From a virus (taxonomy: Duplodnaviria; Heunggongvirae; Uroviricota; Caudoviricetes), in IMG/VR virus record IMGVR_UViG_3300025310_000004, positions 59,759 through 123,758 of that record: DNA of 64,000 bases. The stretch is one strand, 5' to 3'. Within the stretch, counting starts at the first letter, position 1; every line of letters begins with the position of its first letter. Shown here piece by piece: positions 42,176 to 52,437 of the stretch. The notes beneath the pieces are model-generated. The model was not told where the DNA came from. It made no database searches and worked only from the letters and a program-made list of their open reading frames with translations. The position numbers and the translations under genes are program-made.

Positions 42176-43707
42176 TGCCTACGAGTGGCAGTGCAGGCGT
42201 TCCCGAGCCGCTTTCCGTTGACGTTGACGACTCGACTCCGGTCCAGGTCAGCGTGCAGGAGCCGGTGTCGGTCGATGACAACGGCGGCAGCCTGACCGTC
42301 GATGGTGCGGTCACCGTCTCGGGTGGCCCGGTGTCGGTCACCGACGGCGGTGGTTCGCTCACCGTGGACGGCACTGTGGACGTGGGGAACTTCCCATCCG
42401 ATCGCGAGTTGGAAGTTCTCTGCGACGCTGGCGCTGCCAACACAGTGTTCTTGCGGCGCTACAACGTCACCCCTGCCGGGGTGGTCACTTCCACCGACAC
42501 CCTGCTCGACGGCACGACCGCCTACGTTCCAGTCGGCCCTGTCGTCGTGTGTGCGTCGGGTGGTTCGACTGGTGACGACTTCGAGATCGTGGAGATGTGC
42601 GACTCGATCCCGCAGCAGGAGTTGTGGGCAATCCAGCAGGACGGGGCCAACTACGACCTGATCGAGACGAATCCGCTCGACGGCACTACCACGGTCCTGC
42701 TCAACAACTTCACCACTCAGAACGTCAATGCTCTTGCGTGGGTGCCTGAGCGGCGGCGGCTCTACGGACGCACGCAGTCCGGGGCCGGGGCGAACAACGT
42801 GTGGGAGATCGACCCGTATGCCCCGAGCGCCGCGGTGATCGGAACTGTCACCGGCCTTCCCGCTGGGACATGGATCTTCGGGGCTTACGATCCGCACACG
42901 CAGCGGTGGATCGTCGGCGGCAACAGCCTGCCCCTCTACGGAATCGACCTGAACACCCTCGTTGCTGAGCGAGCATCGACCTTCACCCTCCCGGCGGGCG
43001 GCTCGGGCGACATCGCCTTCGATCAGTGCGGTCGCTGCTACGTCTCGTCCGATGGGGTCATCACCCGCTACAACTCCCTGTTCGATGGTTCGCCGACGAC
43101 GATCGCCACCGTCCCCAACAACGGCTCGGGCTTCGCTGGCGCGGGCTACTGGAAGGACGGCTTCTACGTCGGCACTTTCAGCAACGGGGAAGTGTTCTCG
43201 GTCAACACGTCCACCGGCCAGATCACCACGGGCCTCGGCCCGATCGGTGGTGGCACGCTGATCGACTTCGCTGCCGATCCACGCAGTGTGTTCACCGTCC
43301 CGTTCCATCGGGTCTGGAACCTGACCGACGGCACCTTCACCGACACCGACGCGAACGGCGACCCATACACCATCGAGGGCGAGGTCGCGATCGGTCGCTG
43401 CCCCTGGTGCTGCGACTGCGGAGAGCCTGGCGACCGTCCCTACGGCAACCCGGTCGCGACGCTCGTCACGACCATCACCTCGGGTGGGTCGATCGTTACT
43501 TCCGTATCCGCTCGCCGAGTCTTGGTGTTCTTCGAGGCACAGCCGGGTGCCGGACGCGACACCATCAACGGGTCGATCCTGCCGGACACCACTACCGACA
43601 CGGTGCTGACCTTCGGAAGTCTGGATGCTCCGGGGCACGTTCCGCCGCTGACGATCGCCACTCCCGGTGGGTCCGGCCGTGAGATCATGGTGATTCAGGA
43701 GTTCTGA
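42175..43707 (+). CDS. tail fibre-like protein (N-terminal repeat units as in 40517, distinct C-terminal domain)
   Basis: The same repeat motif, then a Gly-rich beta-rich C-terminus. Confidence 0.5.
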   Translation: MPTSGSAGVPEPLSVDVDDSTPVQVSVQEPVSVDDNGGSLTVDGAVTVSGGPVSVTDGGGSLTVDGTVDVGNFPSDRELEVLCDAGAANTVFLRRYNVTPAGVVTSTDTLLDGTTAYVPVGPVVVCASGGSTGDDFEIVEMCDSIPQQELWAIQQDGANYDLIETNPLDGTTTVLLNNFTTQNVNALAWVPERRRLYGRTQSGAGANNVWEIDPYAPSAAVIGTVTGLPAGTWIFGAYDPHTQRWIVGGNSLPLYGIDLNTLVAERASTFTLPAGGSGDIAFDQCGRCYVSSDGVITRYNSLFDGSPTTIATVPNNGSGFAGAGYWKDGFYVGTFSNGEVFSVNTSTGQITTGLGPIGGGTLIDFAADPRSVFTVPFHRVWNLTDGTFTDTDANGDPYTIEGEVAIGRCPWCCDCGEPGDRPYGNPVATLVTTITSGGSIVTSVSARRVLVFFEAQPGAGRDTINGSILPDTTTDTVLTFGSLDAPGHVPPLTIATPGGSGREIMVIQEF

Positions 43708-44099
43708 TGACGCGCTACTGGAAGATCGGCAACAACACTCTCGGAACGTCGAACGACGACGTTGACTTGGCGGTGCTCGAACCGGCTGCCGAGGAGTTGA
43801 CCTTCGCCGAGTATGAGCAAGCGCAGGCCGACCTCACCGCGCTTCTCGGCAGCGCATCGCCCCCGGTTACGACTTCCCTTGCTGGTAACGGACAGTCGTA
43901 TGCAACCAACCCTTCCGCACGGAAGGTGACCGTTCAGGTCATCGCCCCCACTGGTGGCCCATCTCGGGCGCGCCCTACCGTTGATGGAACCCCGGTTGCT
44001 GGTGGCGCTGGATCGTTCGTCTACGACCAGCCTGGTCATGCGCTCGTCATCAAGACGAACGCCGGGAACAACGACGTGGTGATCGTGGAGGAGTTCTGA
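43707..44099 (+). CDS. hypothetical protein
   Basis: ATGA overlap. 130 aa. Confidence 0.45.
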   Translation: MTRYWKIGNNTLGTSNDDVDLAVLEPAAEELTFAEYEQAQADLTALLGSASPPVTTSLAGNGQSYATNPSARKVTVQVIAPTGGPSRARPTVDGTPVAGGAGSFVYDQPGHALVIKTNAGNNDVVIVEEF

Positions 44100-44566
44100 T
44101 GGCATCCGCAGACGAGATTCTCAGCCTCGACCGCTCCTACTTCCGCGTCATCGCTCGCGCCAACGGGACCCTGCAGGTCACCGCCATCGCAGCCACCATC
44201 GACCATGGTGACGAGTCGGACATCACCGACTTCGTTGAGACGCAGATGAACAACCCCGCCGTCGCCCCGATCTTGCAGGGTGGCGAGATGCGCTGGGAGT
44301 CGAGCGGCATCATCGCCTTGCTACTCACTGACCCGACCGACCAGAAGCAGGTCCTCATGCGGGACTTCCTGTTCATGGCCATGATCTCGGGTCGGTTCCG
44401 CCCCAGCGAGGGGACCCAGAAGTTGATCTGGGCCGACGCTGCTACCGGGGTGCAGCCCACCTATCCGCCCGTTCCTGACGAGTGGTGGGTTGAGTTGGAT
44501 GCGGGGACCGCTCCGCCGATGGATCAGTACGGCGCTTGGTACATGGCCTGGGTCGCTGCTCAGTAG
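44099..44566 (+). CDS. hypothetical protein
   Basis: 155 aa. Confidence 0.45.
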   Translation: MASADEILSLDRSYFRVIARANGTLQVTAIAATIDHGDESDITDFVETQMNNPAVAPILQGGEMRWESSGIIALLLTDPTDQKQVLMRDFLFMAMISGRFRPSEGTQKLIWADAATGVQPTYPPVPDEWWVELDAGTAPPMDQYGAWYMAWVAAQ

Positions 44567-44607
44567 GCCATGGTGCCGATGGCACCCGGAAGTGGGATAC
44601 TTGAGTC

Positions 44608-45567
44608 GTGGCTATCTGCTGTCCGAAGTCGATCAAGGCGTGCGCCATCAGGATCACGCGCCTGAACGCTTCTGACGTTCCCCTAGACCCACTCACCCCC
44701 AACAGCCGCATCCAGACCGCTGGGTTCATGGAGTTGAACCTGTCGCCAGACATCATCGTTGGTGAGGTCACCGACATTGCCACGACGTGCGGAGACATCT
44801 GCATCTCGCACAACGATTGCGATGTGGTCAAGGGCTTCGAGTTGGAACTCAAGTTGTGCGGCGTCCCGTTGCCCGTCCTAGAGATGCTCACCGGGATCAC
44901 GTTGCTTGATGACGGGATGGGCAACTTCGTCGGTGGCGCTCTACGGGAAGGCAAGAGCAACACCTGCAACAACGACCCCAAGATGTTGGAGTTGTGGACG
45001 AAGAACGCCGACAAGGGAACCTGCGACATCGACGGCGTGCCGACCAACCTTTGGGTGCATTGGGTTCTGCCAAGGACCATCAAGTGGGAGATCACCGGGG
45101 GACTGAACTTCACCAGGGGGCCGCTTGAGTTCACCTTGTCGGGCTACGCAGAGAACAACCCCAACTGGTATCCGTCGCTGCCTGGTTCGACCTTCCCGTC
45201 CTATGTGCCAGGAGGTGGCGATCCATCAGGATTCCCAACCGGGCCGCCTTCCCCGGTGTTGCCCGACGGCATCGCCGCCGACCCATGGACGCTCAGTGAC
45301 CAGATGGTCATTCAGCAGGCTGGCCCGTTGGCATGGAAGTGCGTCAACGCTCTCCCGTCGCCGATCAACGATTGCGACTACCTCCCCTACGAGCCACCCG
45401 GCGGCTGCACCCCAGATGCTTTCTCGGAGGACTTCTGTGGCGCTGGGGCGGTTGGCTCACCATGGGCCGATTGGGAGCGCTTCGGCGATCCCCTCGACCC
45501 GACGCTCGGCCCACTTGTTCGTTCCGGCGCTTGCAGCGTCGAGCCTGACGAGGAGGGTTGTTCGTAG
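44608..45567 (+). CDS. Cys-rich structural protein, paralogue A (MAICCPKSIKACA...)
   Basis: About 60% identical over ~260 aa to ORF 48472..49269. Confidence 0.5.
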   Translation: MAICCPKSIKACAIRITRLNASDVPLDPLTPNSRIQTAGFMELNLSPDIIVGEVTDIATTCGDICISHNDCDVVKGFELELKLCGVPLPVLEMLTGITLLDDGMGNFVGGALREGKSNTCNNDPKMLELWTKNADKGTCDIDGVPTNLWVHWVLPRTIKWEITGGLNFTRGPLEFTLSGYAENNPNWYPSLPGSTFPSYVPGGGDPSGFPTGPPSPVLPDGIAADPWTLSDQMVIQQAGPLAWKCVNALPSPINDCDYLPYEPPGGCTPDAFSEDFCGAGAVGSPWADWERFGDPLDPTLGPLVRSGACSVEPDEEGCS

Positions 45568-46778
45568 TCATGACGATCCAACGATCGATGGTCCCCATCC
45601 TCTCGGAGTGCTGTGGAGAGGTCTGTCAAACAGCGCGCCTCGGCGGCATCTGGCGTTGGGAAACCTTCACCAACTTCGAGAGTGCTCGCACACAGCGCCT
45701 CGGAATCATCTTCACCAACGGTGAGTCCTACATCTTCGACTACGAATACTTCATCGAATACATCACGATCGATGGCGGGACCTTCTACAGCGACAGCCTC
45801 GGAGGGGACTTCGAGGGCAATGTTCCGGGTGGTGGCAATTGGGATGTTGGCATCTATCGCTACTCGGGTGACGTTTACTCGCCAGACCCACCTGAGCCAC
45901 CTCTAGAGGGATCGAACTATGAGTTGTCGGTGAGTTGGTGTCCGGCTTGCGAGAACGGCATCACCTGCACCATCGAGTTCGACGGCGTTCCGTATCAGTC
46001 GTTCACGATCGAAGATGCCTGCGAGCCTCGGTACGACTTCGAGTGTGATGTCGAGTTGGCCTGCTCGCCTCAGACCGTCATCGGCAATGACATGAGCACG
46101 ACGACCGACCTGTTCGTCACGGTCACCGATTTCGGTGGCGGCCTCTACCAACTCATCATCGATGACCTCAACGCGAGTGGGCTCTGGACGGACCCGCTTG
46201 CCTACTACAGCCCTACCTATACGACGCCGACTACTCCGATTCCGAACCTCTACAGTGGCGCTGGGTTCATGTGCTACGACTGCACAACCGACCTTGGCTA
46301 CCTGTTCTCGCCATACCGGCTTTGGCACCTTGTTGACCCCAACGATGGTGATGCTCCGTACACGCTGCCCATCGAAGTCTCCGGCGCTGGATTCGGAGCC
46401 ATCTTCGGAATTAGCACGGGAGCGATCGGTCTGCAGGCTCAGATCGACTACGACTTCTCGAACCCAGATGGCGAATGCGACGACCTCAACGTGTTGAAGG
46501 CCCAGGCTCAGGCCCTCCTCGATGCCTGGGTGACGCAGTTTGGTTCCGGCAACGTCGTGCAGGTCAGGAACGCTACGGCAACATCTGTTGATTGCTATGG
46601 ATACCGCGAACAGCAACTTCCTGGCACGATCATGGATGTCGCCAATCTTGGAGTTGCCGTCAACCCGTATTTCTGCGCGGAACCTGTTCCATCGAATGTC
46701 ACCTCATTCGAGGTCGAGTGTGGTGACTTGCCGGTGAGTCCGAACATCGTTGAGTGGGTCTACAATCCACCCACCTAG
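45558..46778 (+). CDS. hypothetical structural protein
   Basis: 406-aa ORF. Confidence 0.5.
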   Translation: MFVVMTIQRSMVPILSECCGEVCQTARLGGIWRWETFTNFESARTQRLGIIFTNGESYIFDYEYFIEYITIDGGTFYSDSLGGDFEGNVPGGGNWDVGIYRYSGDVYSPDPPEPPLEGSNYELSVSWCPACENGITCTIEFDGVPYQSFTIEDACEPRYDFECDVELACSPQTVIGNDMSTTTDLFVTVTDFGGGLYQLIIDDLNASGLWTDPLAYYSPTYTTPTTPIPNLYSGAGFMCYDCTTDLGYLFSPYRLWHLVDPNDGDAPYTLPIEVSGAGFGAIFGISTGAIGLQAQIDYDFSNPDGECDDLNVLKAQAQALLDAWVTQFGSGNVVQVRNATATSVDCYGYREQQLPGTIMDVANLGVAVNPYFCAEPVPSNVTSFEVECGDLPVSPNIVEWVYNPPT

Positions 46779-46781
46779 GAG

Positions 46782-47291
46782 ATGAGCATGGCAGAGCAAG
46801 TTTCGCGACTAGGGGTCCCACCGCCCTGGCTCGATCGCGCCAAGGCTGCGGCTGAGCAGAGGAACGCCAACGCTGATCTGTTCGTTGTTGGCGCACCATC
46901 GAGCGGAACGCGCCTGTTCACCCGCCTCATGGGAGAGTCAGGGTTGACCGTTGTTCACGACCACTCGCATGGTCATGTCGATCGTCCGCTCCTCAAGGTT
47001 GTCTGCATCGAGCGCGACCGCGATGCGGTGGTCGCGTCATGCCTGGCACGAACCGACTCTCCGGTGTTCACCGCCATCACCACCCAGGCCGAAGCCGAAG
47101 CCTTCGTTGACGAGCGCCAAGCCCGAGTCCGCAACAAGTACCCCACTCGGCCCTTCGCCTCGTTCGAGGCCCTTGTTGCTGATCGCGACGCTGAACTCGA
47201 TCGCATCGCTGACGCCCTCGGGATGCCTCACTGGCAGGCGACCGAGGTGGTCACCGACGAGAACGCCAAGCATCTGCTCAAGAGGAAGTGA
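46782..47291 (+). CDS. sulfotransferase-like P-loop protein
   Basis: FVVGAPSSGTRLFTRLM PAPS-binding-like loop. Confidence 0.4.
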   Translation: MSMAEQVSRLGVPPPWLDRAKAAAEQRNANADLFVVGAPSSGTRLFTRLMGESGLTVVHDHSHGHVDRPLLKVVCIERDRDAVVASCLARTDSPVFTAITTQAEAEAFVDERQARVRNKYPTRPFASFEALVADRDAELDRIADALGMPHWQATEVVTDENAKHLLKRK

Positions 47292-47545
47292 TGGCACTTC
47301 TCGAAGCGCACATCGGTGACGATTGGACCATCACCTTGGTCAACCGCACCGGCCACCCCGAGAACTTCTTCGTCTCGGGGGCGTTGAGCGATGTCTACAT
47401 CAACCTGGACGGCAACACGAGGTACTCGACAAACCTTAGGCCGCGTCCAGAATCGACTATTGTGGAAGTGCGCCACGAAGGGCCTGATGGCCGAGTCCTA
47501 GCCCATCGGCGACTAGATCAAGAGGACGATGCAGATGTCTCGTGA
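47288..47545 (+). CDS. hypothetical protein
   Basis: 85 aa, overlapping start. Confidence 0.4.
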   Translation: MMALLEAHIGDDWTITLVNRTGHPENFFVSGALSDVYINLDGNTRYSTNLRPRPESTIVEVRHEGPDGRVLAHRRLDQEDDADVS

Positions 47546-48056
47546 AGCAACCAGGCAGGAAGTCGAGGATTTCCTTGCCACCCCACATGACGAGTTGCAG
47601 ACGGGATGGGCCAACAAGGTCCTAGAAGCCGCTGATGAGGCTCGCTTCTGGGTGACCGAGGATGGCGGCAACATCATCGGCCTTGGCATCCTGGCCAAGT
47701 TCTCCACCGAGCACGCCGATCCGGCTGGCTGGTGGATTCCGCTGGTCTGGACTGACCCCGCCTACCGGCCTGACCACTACGCGTGGGAGATGGCCGACGC
47801 TGGCATCGCGAGCCTCGCCGCCGAAGGCCACACCTTCCGCTGGAAGGACTGCATGGGTCCCGATCTCTGCGGTGGTCGATGCACGCCCTATGTGGCCAGC
47901 ATCGATCGCAGCCCCGACGACGTGCCCTACGGGCCTGGCACCGGGGGCTACCTACCTACTTCTCGTCCGTTCCGTCTCCTCAATCACAACCACACCCAGG
48001 GGTTCATCCTATATGTGGTGACCGACGAGGTTGACACTGATTGGGAGCCAGCCTGA
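47529..48056 (+). CDS. hypothetical protein
   Basis: 175 aa. Confidence 0.45.
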   Translation: MQMSREATRQEVEDFLATPHDELQTGWANKVLEAADEARFWVTEDGGNIIGLGILAKFSTEHADPAGWWIPLVWTDPAYRPDHYAWEMADAGIASLAAEGHTFRWKDCMGPDLCGGRCTPYVASIDRSPDDVPYGPGTGGYLPTSRPFRLLNHNHTQGFILYVVTDEVDTDWEPA

Positions 48057-48406
48057 TGGGTCGATACAGCCGTTACCCCGCCGTCAATCGTGAGGTTCCT
48101 TCGGAGGACCCGGAGGAACTCATCGATAGCGAGGAGGAACCGGAGGAACCGACCTACACCGAGCCGGTCGAGGTCGCTCCCGAGGTTGATGACGTTGTTG
48201 TCTCCGAGCCCGACACCGAGGTGTCGAATGAGGGCGACAACCAGGATGGGGTCGATTGGCCCTCTCCGACCGCCCTGGGTGAGATGTCAACCAGGGAGGT
48301 GCTCAAGTGGGTTGGTGACGACCCTGATCGGGCAGCCTATGCGGCAGGCGTCGAGGAGGCTGGCCGAGAGCGCAAGACGCTCCTCCGCAAGTTGCGTGGA
48401 GCATAG
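48041..48406 (+). CDS. acidic hypothetical protein
   Basis: 121 aa, Glu/Asp-rich. Confidence 0.4.
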   Translation: MGASLMGRYSRYPAVNREVPSEDPEELIDSEEEPEEPTYTEPVEVAPEVDDVVVSEPDTEVSNEGDNQDGVDWPSPTALGEMSTREVLKWVGDDPDRAAYAAGVEEAGRERKTLLRKLRGA

Positions 48407-48471
48407 ACACACCTGCAAGGGACACCAGCCTACAATGGCGGTGATCGGTCAAGCCTAGGAGGCAAAGACAC

Positions 48472-49269
48472 ATGGCAATCTGCTGCCCCAAGTCCATCAA
48501 GGCGTGTGCCATGCGGATCACGCGCCAGGACGAGTGCGACATCGCCCTCGATCCCCTAGTCCCCAACAGCCGCATCCAGACGGCAGGCTTCATGGAGTTG
48601 AACCTGTCGCCGGATGTTGAGTCTGGTGAGGACATCACCACCAAGAACGCCTGCGGCGACATCTGCATCCGTGACAAGGACTGCGACCGCCTCAAGGGCT
48701 TCGAGGTCGAACTCAAGTTGTGCGGCGTCCCCCTACCCGTGATCGAGATGCTCACGGGCGCCACGCTCCTATCTGACGGTGCCGGTGGGTTCAACGGCGC
48801 CGTCATGCGGGAGTCCAAGGACGCCGCGTGCGAGAACTCCAAGGCGTTGGAGTTCTGGTCCAAGAACGCTGACAAGGGCGTGTGCGCCGTGGATGGTTCG
48901 ATCTCGAACCTCTACATCCATTGGGTGCTCCCACGCACGATCAATTGGGAGATCAGTGGTGGCCTGAACTTCACCACCGGCCCCCTTGAGATCACCTTGA
49001 TGGGCTACGCCGAGAACAACCCGCTGTGGTTCCCGTCGTACCCCGGTGTGGACTTCCCGTCCTACGTCCCCGGTGGTGGCGATCCCACCAGCCACCCGGT
49101 CGGCCCGCCCCCGCCCGTCCTGCCTCCGCAGGTCACGGCGGACCCGTGGACCTTGGCCGACCAGGCAGCCATCCAGGCGGGCGGCCCGCTGGCCTGGAAG
49201 TGCGTCCCGGCTCTCCCGACGCCGATCGATGACTGCGGCTACGTCCCGGTCACGGCGGCTTCTTCCTGA
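48472..49269 (+). CDS. Cys-rich structural protein, paralogue B
   Basis: Same N-terminus MAICCPKSIKACA.RITR as ORF 44608. Confidence 0.5.
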   Translation: MAICCPKSIKACAMRITRQDECDIALDPLVPNSRIQTAGFMELNLSPDVESGEDITTKNACGDICIRDKDCDRLKGFEVELKLCGVPLPVIEMLTGATLLSDGAGGFNGAVMRESKDAACENSKALEFWSKNADKGVCAVDGSISNLYIHWVLPRTINWEISGGLNFTTGPLEITLMGYAENNPLWFPSYPGVDFPSYVPGGGDPTSHPVGPPPPVLPPQVTADPWTLADQAAIQAGGPLAWKCVPALPTPIDDCGYVPVTAASS

Positions 49270-49367
49270 GCCAAGCACTCCCAGCGACCGATCCAGCAGC
49301 CCCCCGCTTCGGCGGGGGGCTGTTCGCGTTACCCCGTTCCTTAGCGTCGCAGGCGCGGTATACGATC

Positions 49368-49871
49368 ATGGCTATGTACGAGCGAGTCCTTCTTCTCAAC
49401 GCAACTTACGAGCCGATCTGCGTCGTGTCGCTCAAGCGCGCCGTCGTGCTGGTCCTCGCCGAGAAGGCCGAGGTCGTCTCTGCACGCGACCGCGAGGTGC
49501 GCTCGGCCTCGTTCGTCCTAGATGCACCCTCGGTCATCCGCCTGGTGCGCTACGTCAACGTGCCGCGCTTCCGCAAGGCGTATCTGAGTCGTCGCACCAT
49601 CCTGCAGCGCGACAACCACGAGTGCTGCTACTGCGGCAAGCGCGCTACCACGATGGACCACATCATGCCCCGTAGCCGCGGCGGCCAGCACTCGTGGACC
49701 AACGTGGTTGCCTGCTGCTTCGACTGCAACCAGGCCAAGGACAACAAGACCCCCGAGGAGATGGGCTGGAAGATGCGGTACCAGCCCTTCGAGCCCGAGG
49801 GCAACCGTCGCATCGTGCTGATCGTTGGTCACCTCGACCCCGCGTGGGAGGAGTGGGTCGCGGTAGCCTGA
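49368..49871 (+). CDS. HNH endonuclease
   Basis: CCYCGK...DHIMPRSRGG...CCFDCNQAK. Confidence 0.75.
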   Translation: MAMYERVLLLNATYEPICVVSLKRAVVLVLAEKAEVVSARDREVRSASFVLDAPSVIRLVRYVNVPRFRKAYLSRRTILQRDNHECCYCGKRATTMDHIMPRSRGGQHSWTNVVACCFDCNQAKDNKTPEEMGWKMRYQPFEPEGNRRIVLIVGHLDPAWEEWVAVA

Positions 49872-49979
49872 GTTGGCCTCGTGACACCAGAAGAAGGCGC
49901 TCCATGCCGGGGGCGCCTTCTTCTGGTGTCACACCCTCATGGTGGAATAGGGTTCCCATCCGACAGAAGGGAGCCAACC

Positions 49980-50534
49980 ATGGCACGAGAGAGGGACACT
50001 CAGAGAAGCCGCCTGTACGCATCCGAGAACTTCCTGCAGGCCCGAGGGCCGCGCCACGAGACGGTCGAGGAGATGCAGGCGTATGTGGACCGGCTGCTGC
50101 GAAGCGCCTGGTTCAAGCGCCGCTGGCCCCGCACGGCAAGCGGTGGCATTGGGGTGTGCGATGGCCGAGGCAGGAGCCACGCCTGCGCCACCACCGATTG
50201 GGCGCAGCGCATCATCAAGATGCCCCGGTGGAGCCGCTCGCGGGCTGTGGTGTTGCACGAGATCGCTCACCACTGCACCGACGAGGCCCACGGGGTTCGG
50301 GACGTGGCTGCCCACGGGTGGCAGTTCGCCGCCACCCTGCTCGAACTCGTCACCCACGAGATGGGGGCCGAGGCAGGTCAGGACCTCAAGGCGTCCTACA
50401 AGGCGAAGAAGGTCCGCTACAAGGCACCCCGCCAGCGCAAGCCGCTCACCGAGGAGCAGAAGGCTGTCCTGCGGGAGAGGATGGCCGTCGCTAGAGCGGC
50501 AAAGGCCGCCAAGGTACACTCGGTGGAGGTCTGA
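49980..50534 (+). CDS. HExxH zinc-metallopeptidase-like protein (SprT-like)
   Basis: VVLHEIAHHCTDEAHG. The internal MARERD start is preferred. Confidence 0.5.
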   Translation: MARERDTQRSRLYASENFLQARGPRHETVEEMQAYVDRLLRSAWFKRRWPRTASGGIGVCDGRGRSHACATTDWAQRIIKMPRWSRSRAVVLHEIAHHCTDEAHGVRDVAAHGWQFAATLLELVTHEMGAEAGQDLKASYKAKKVRYKAPRQRKPLTEEQKAVLRERMAVARAAKAAKVHSVEV

Positions 50535-50553
50535 ACAACCACCGAGGTGTCGA

Positions 50554-51027
50554 ATGGCCGCTTCACCAGCCCAAGTCCCATGTGAGCCGTGCGTCCCCAC
50601 CGACCTTGCGCGCCTGTGGGCCAAGATCGAGAAGGCCCCCTCCGGGTGCTGGGAATGGACCGGCGGTCTGAGTGCTGGACGTTATGGGCATCTCAAGTGG
50701 GGAGGGAGGCTTCGGAAGGCCCACGTTGTGATGTACGAGTTGTACGTCGCTCGGGTTCCTGACGGTTTGGAGTTGGATCATCTCTGTGAGAACACAATCT
50801 GCGTGAATCCCAATCATCTTGAGCCGGTCACTCATGCTGAGAACATGAGGCACGCTGCCCCTCGGGTGTCTGCGGCGCTCCGGGCCATCACTGAGTGCCC
50901 TAGCGGCCATCCCTACGACGAGGCCAACACCTACATTCGGCCCAACGACGGGCATCGCCAGTGTCGGGCGTGCCAGCGACTTCGAGATCGTCGTCGTTAC
51001 CACGCCAGGAAGAAGGAGGTCGCCTGA
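50554..51027 (+). CDS. HNH endonuclease (HNH_3 type)
   Basis: GYGHLKW...ELDHLCENTICVNPNHLEPVTHAEN. Its N-terminus resembles that of the downstream gene. Confidence 0.7.
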   Translation: MAASPAQVPCEPCVPTDLARLWAKIEKAPSGCWEWTGGLSAGRYGHLKWGGRLRKAHVVMYELYVARVPDGLELDHLCENTICVNPNHLEPVTHAENMRHAAPRVSAALRAITECPSGHPYDEANTYIRPNDGHRQCRACQRLRDRRRYHARKKEVA

Positions 51028-51857
51028 TGGCCGCTCCACCCGAGCAGGTGCCGTGTAGTCCATGGACCACCCCTGAGGAGGTCCGTGAGTGCTGTGGCGG
51101 GCTAGACCCGGCCTTCGACCTGACCGACGCTATCACGTTCGCCTCGGCGATCCTGTTCCGCCTATCGGGACGGCAGTTCCCTGGCGAGTGTGAGCGCACG
51201 GTCTGGCCGTGCTCGGGGGATAATTGCGGCTGTGGCTGTGCTCAGGGTGGGGCGGTGTCCTACCTGGGCAACGACTGGTGGTGGACCTGGCACTCCTATC
51301 CGGCATGGCCCGTTCCCAACGGCTCTGGTGATGGCTTCGTCAACTGCGGTCGATGCTGCGGGGAGTGCTGCATCCCCAAGTTGGCGCTTCCCTCGACGGT
51401 CAACGAGATCGTGGAGGTGGTCATCGACGGCGTGGTGCTCGACCCGAGCGCGTACGCGATCGAGGCGTACCGCTGGTTGGTTCGTGTTGATGGCGAGGGA
51501 TGGCCCTGCACCAACGACTTGACCGGCGATGTTGGCGACCCTGGCACCTGGACGGTCACCTACCGCTACGGCAAGCCCGTGCCCGCTGACGGCCGTATCG
51601 CTGCAGCCATCTTCGCCTGCCAGATCGCTCTCAACCGTTGCGGTGGCGACTCCTGCCTCCCCCAGCGCCTCAAGGAGATCACCCGCCAGGGTGTCGATAT
51701 GGCCTTTGCCGACCCCCTAGAGTTCTTGGACAAGGGTCAGACCGGCATCTACGAGGTGGACCTCTGGCTGCAGTCGGTCAACCCCTCCAAGTTGAAGCGG
51801 CGCTCGCGCTTGCACCGCCCCGACAAGCCCAAGAACATCACGACCTACACTGGCTGA
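51027..51857 (+). CDS. Cys-rich hypothetical structural protein
   Basis: TGATGG overlap. Start MAAPPEQVPCSPW. Confidence 0.5.
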   Translation: MAAPPEQVPCSPWTTPEEVRECCGGLDPAFDLTDAITFASAILFRLSGRQFPGECERTVWPCSGDNCGCGCAQGGAVSYLGNDWWWTWHSYPAWPVPNGSGDGFVNCGRCCGECCIPKLALPSTVNEIVEVVIDGVVLDPSAYAIEAYRWLVRVDGEGWPCTNDLTGDVGDPGTWTVTYRYGKPVPADGRIAAAIFACQIALNRCGGDSCLPQRLKEITRQGVDMAFADPLEFLDKGQTGIYEVDLWLQSVNPSKLKRRSRLHRPDKPKNITTYTG

Positions 51858-52426
51858 TGGCACTCCTCAACCCCACCCACATCAACGACATGATGCAGGC
51901 CATGCTCGACGTGGCTTGCAACTGCCTTGAGAACACGCCTCTCGGCGCGCCCGCCGACTGCTACATCAGCCACAACCAACCGCCGGATGACTGCTGTGAC
52001 TTCCTGGCGATCTGGTTGGAGCGCATCCGCCCTCGCGTCGGCTTCGAGAACGCTCAATACATCACGGGCGAGAAGGTCTGGGCCAAGTGCGGTGACATCG
52101 GCGGCGTGGCCGACATTGCTCTGCGCCTCATGCGTCCGTGCTTCCCAACGCTCAAGGACAACGCCACCAATCCCTTCCCGTCGGCCACCGAGATGCAGGC
52201 GGCCACGGAGAACCTGCTGATCGATGTCCAGGTGCTCCGGTGCTGCATCTCGGCGTCGTACTGTGCCGGGCTGCTGTTCCCTGACACCCCCGACGCTGAC
52301 TGCCTCGAACTTGCCATTGGCGACATCGTTCCTGCTGGCCCTCGTGGTGGGTGCGCTGGCTGGACTCTCTACTTCGCGATCGAACTCGACTCGTGCTGGT
52401 ACGGGGACCTGCCTACATCATCTTGA
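51857..52426 (+). CDS. hypothetical protein
   Basis: TGATGG overlap. 189 aa. Confidence 0.5.
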   Translation: MALLNPTHINDMMQAMLDVACNCLENTPLGAPADCYISHNQPPDDCCDFLAIWLERIRPRVGFENAQYITGEKVWAKCGDIGGVADIALRLMRPCFPTLKDNATNPFPSATEMQAATENLLIDVQVLRCCISASYCAGLLFPDTPDADCLELAIGDIVPAGPRGGCAGWTLYFAIELDSCWYGDLPTSS

Positions 52427-52437
52427 GGGGGTAGGCG

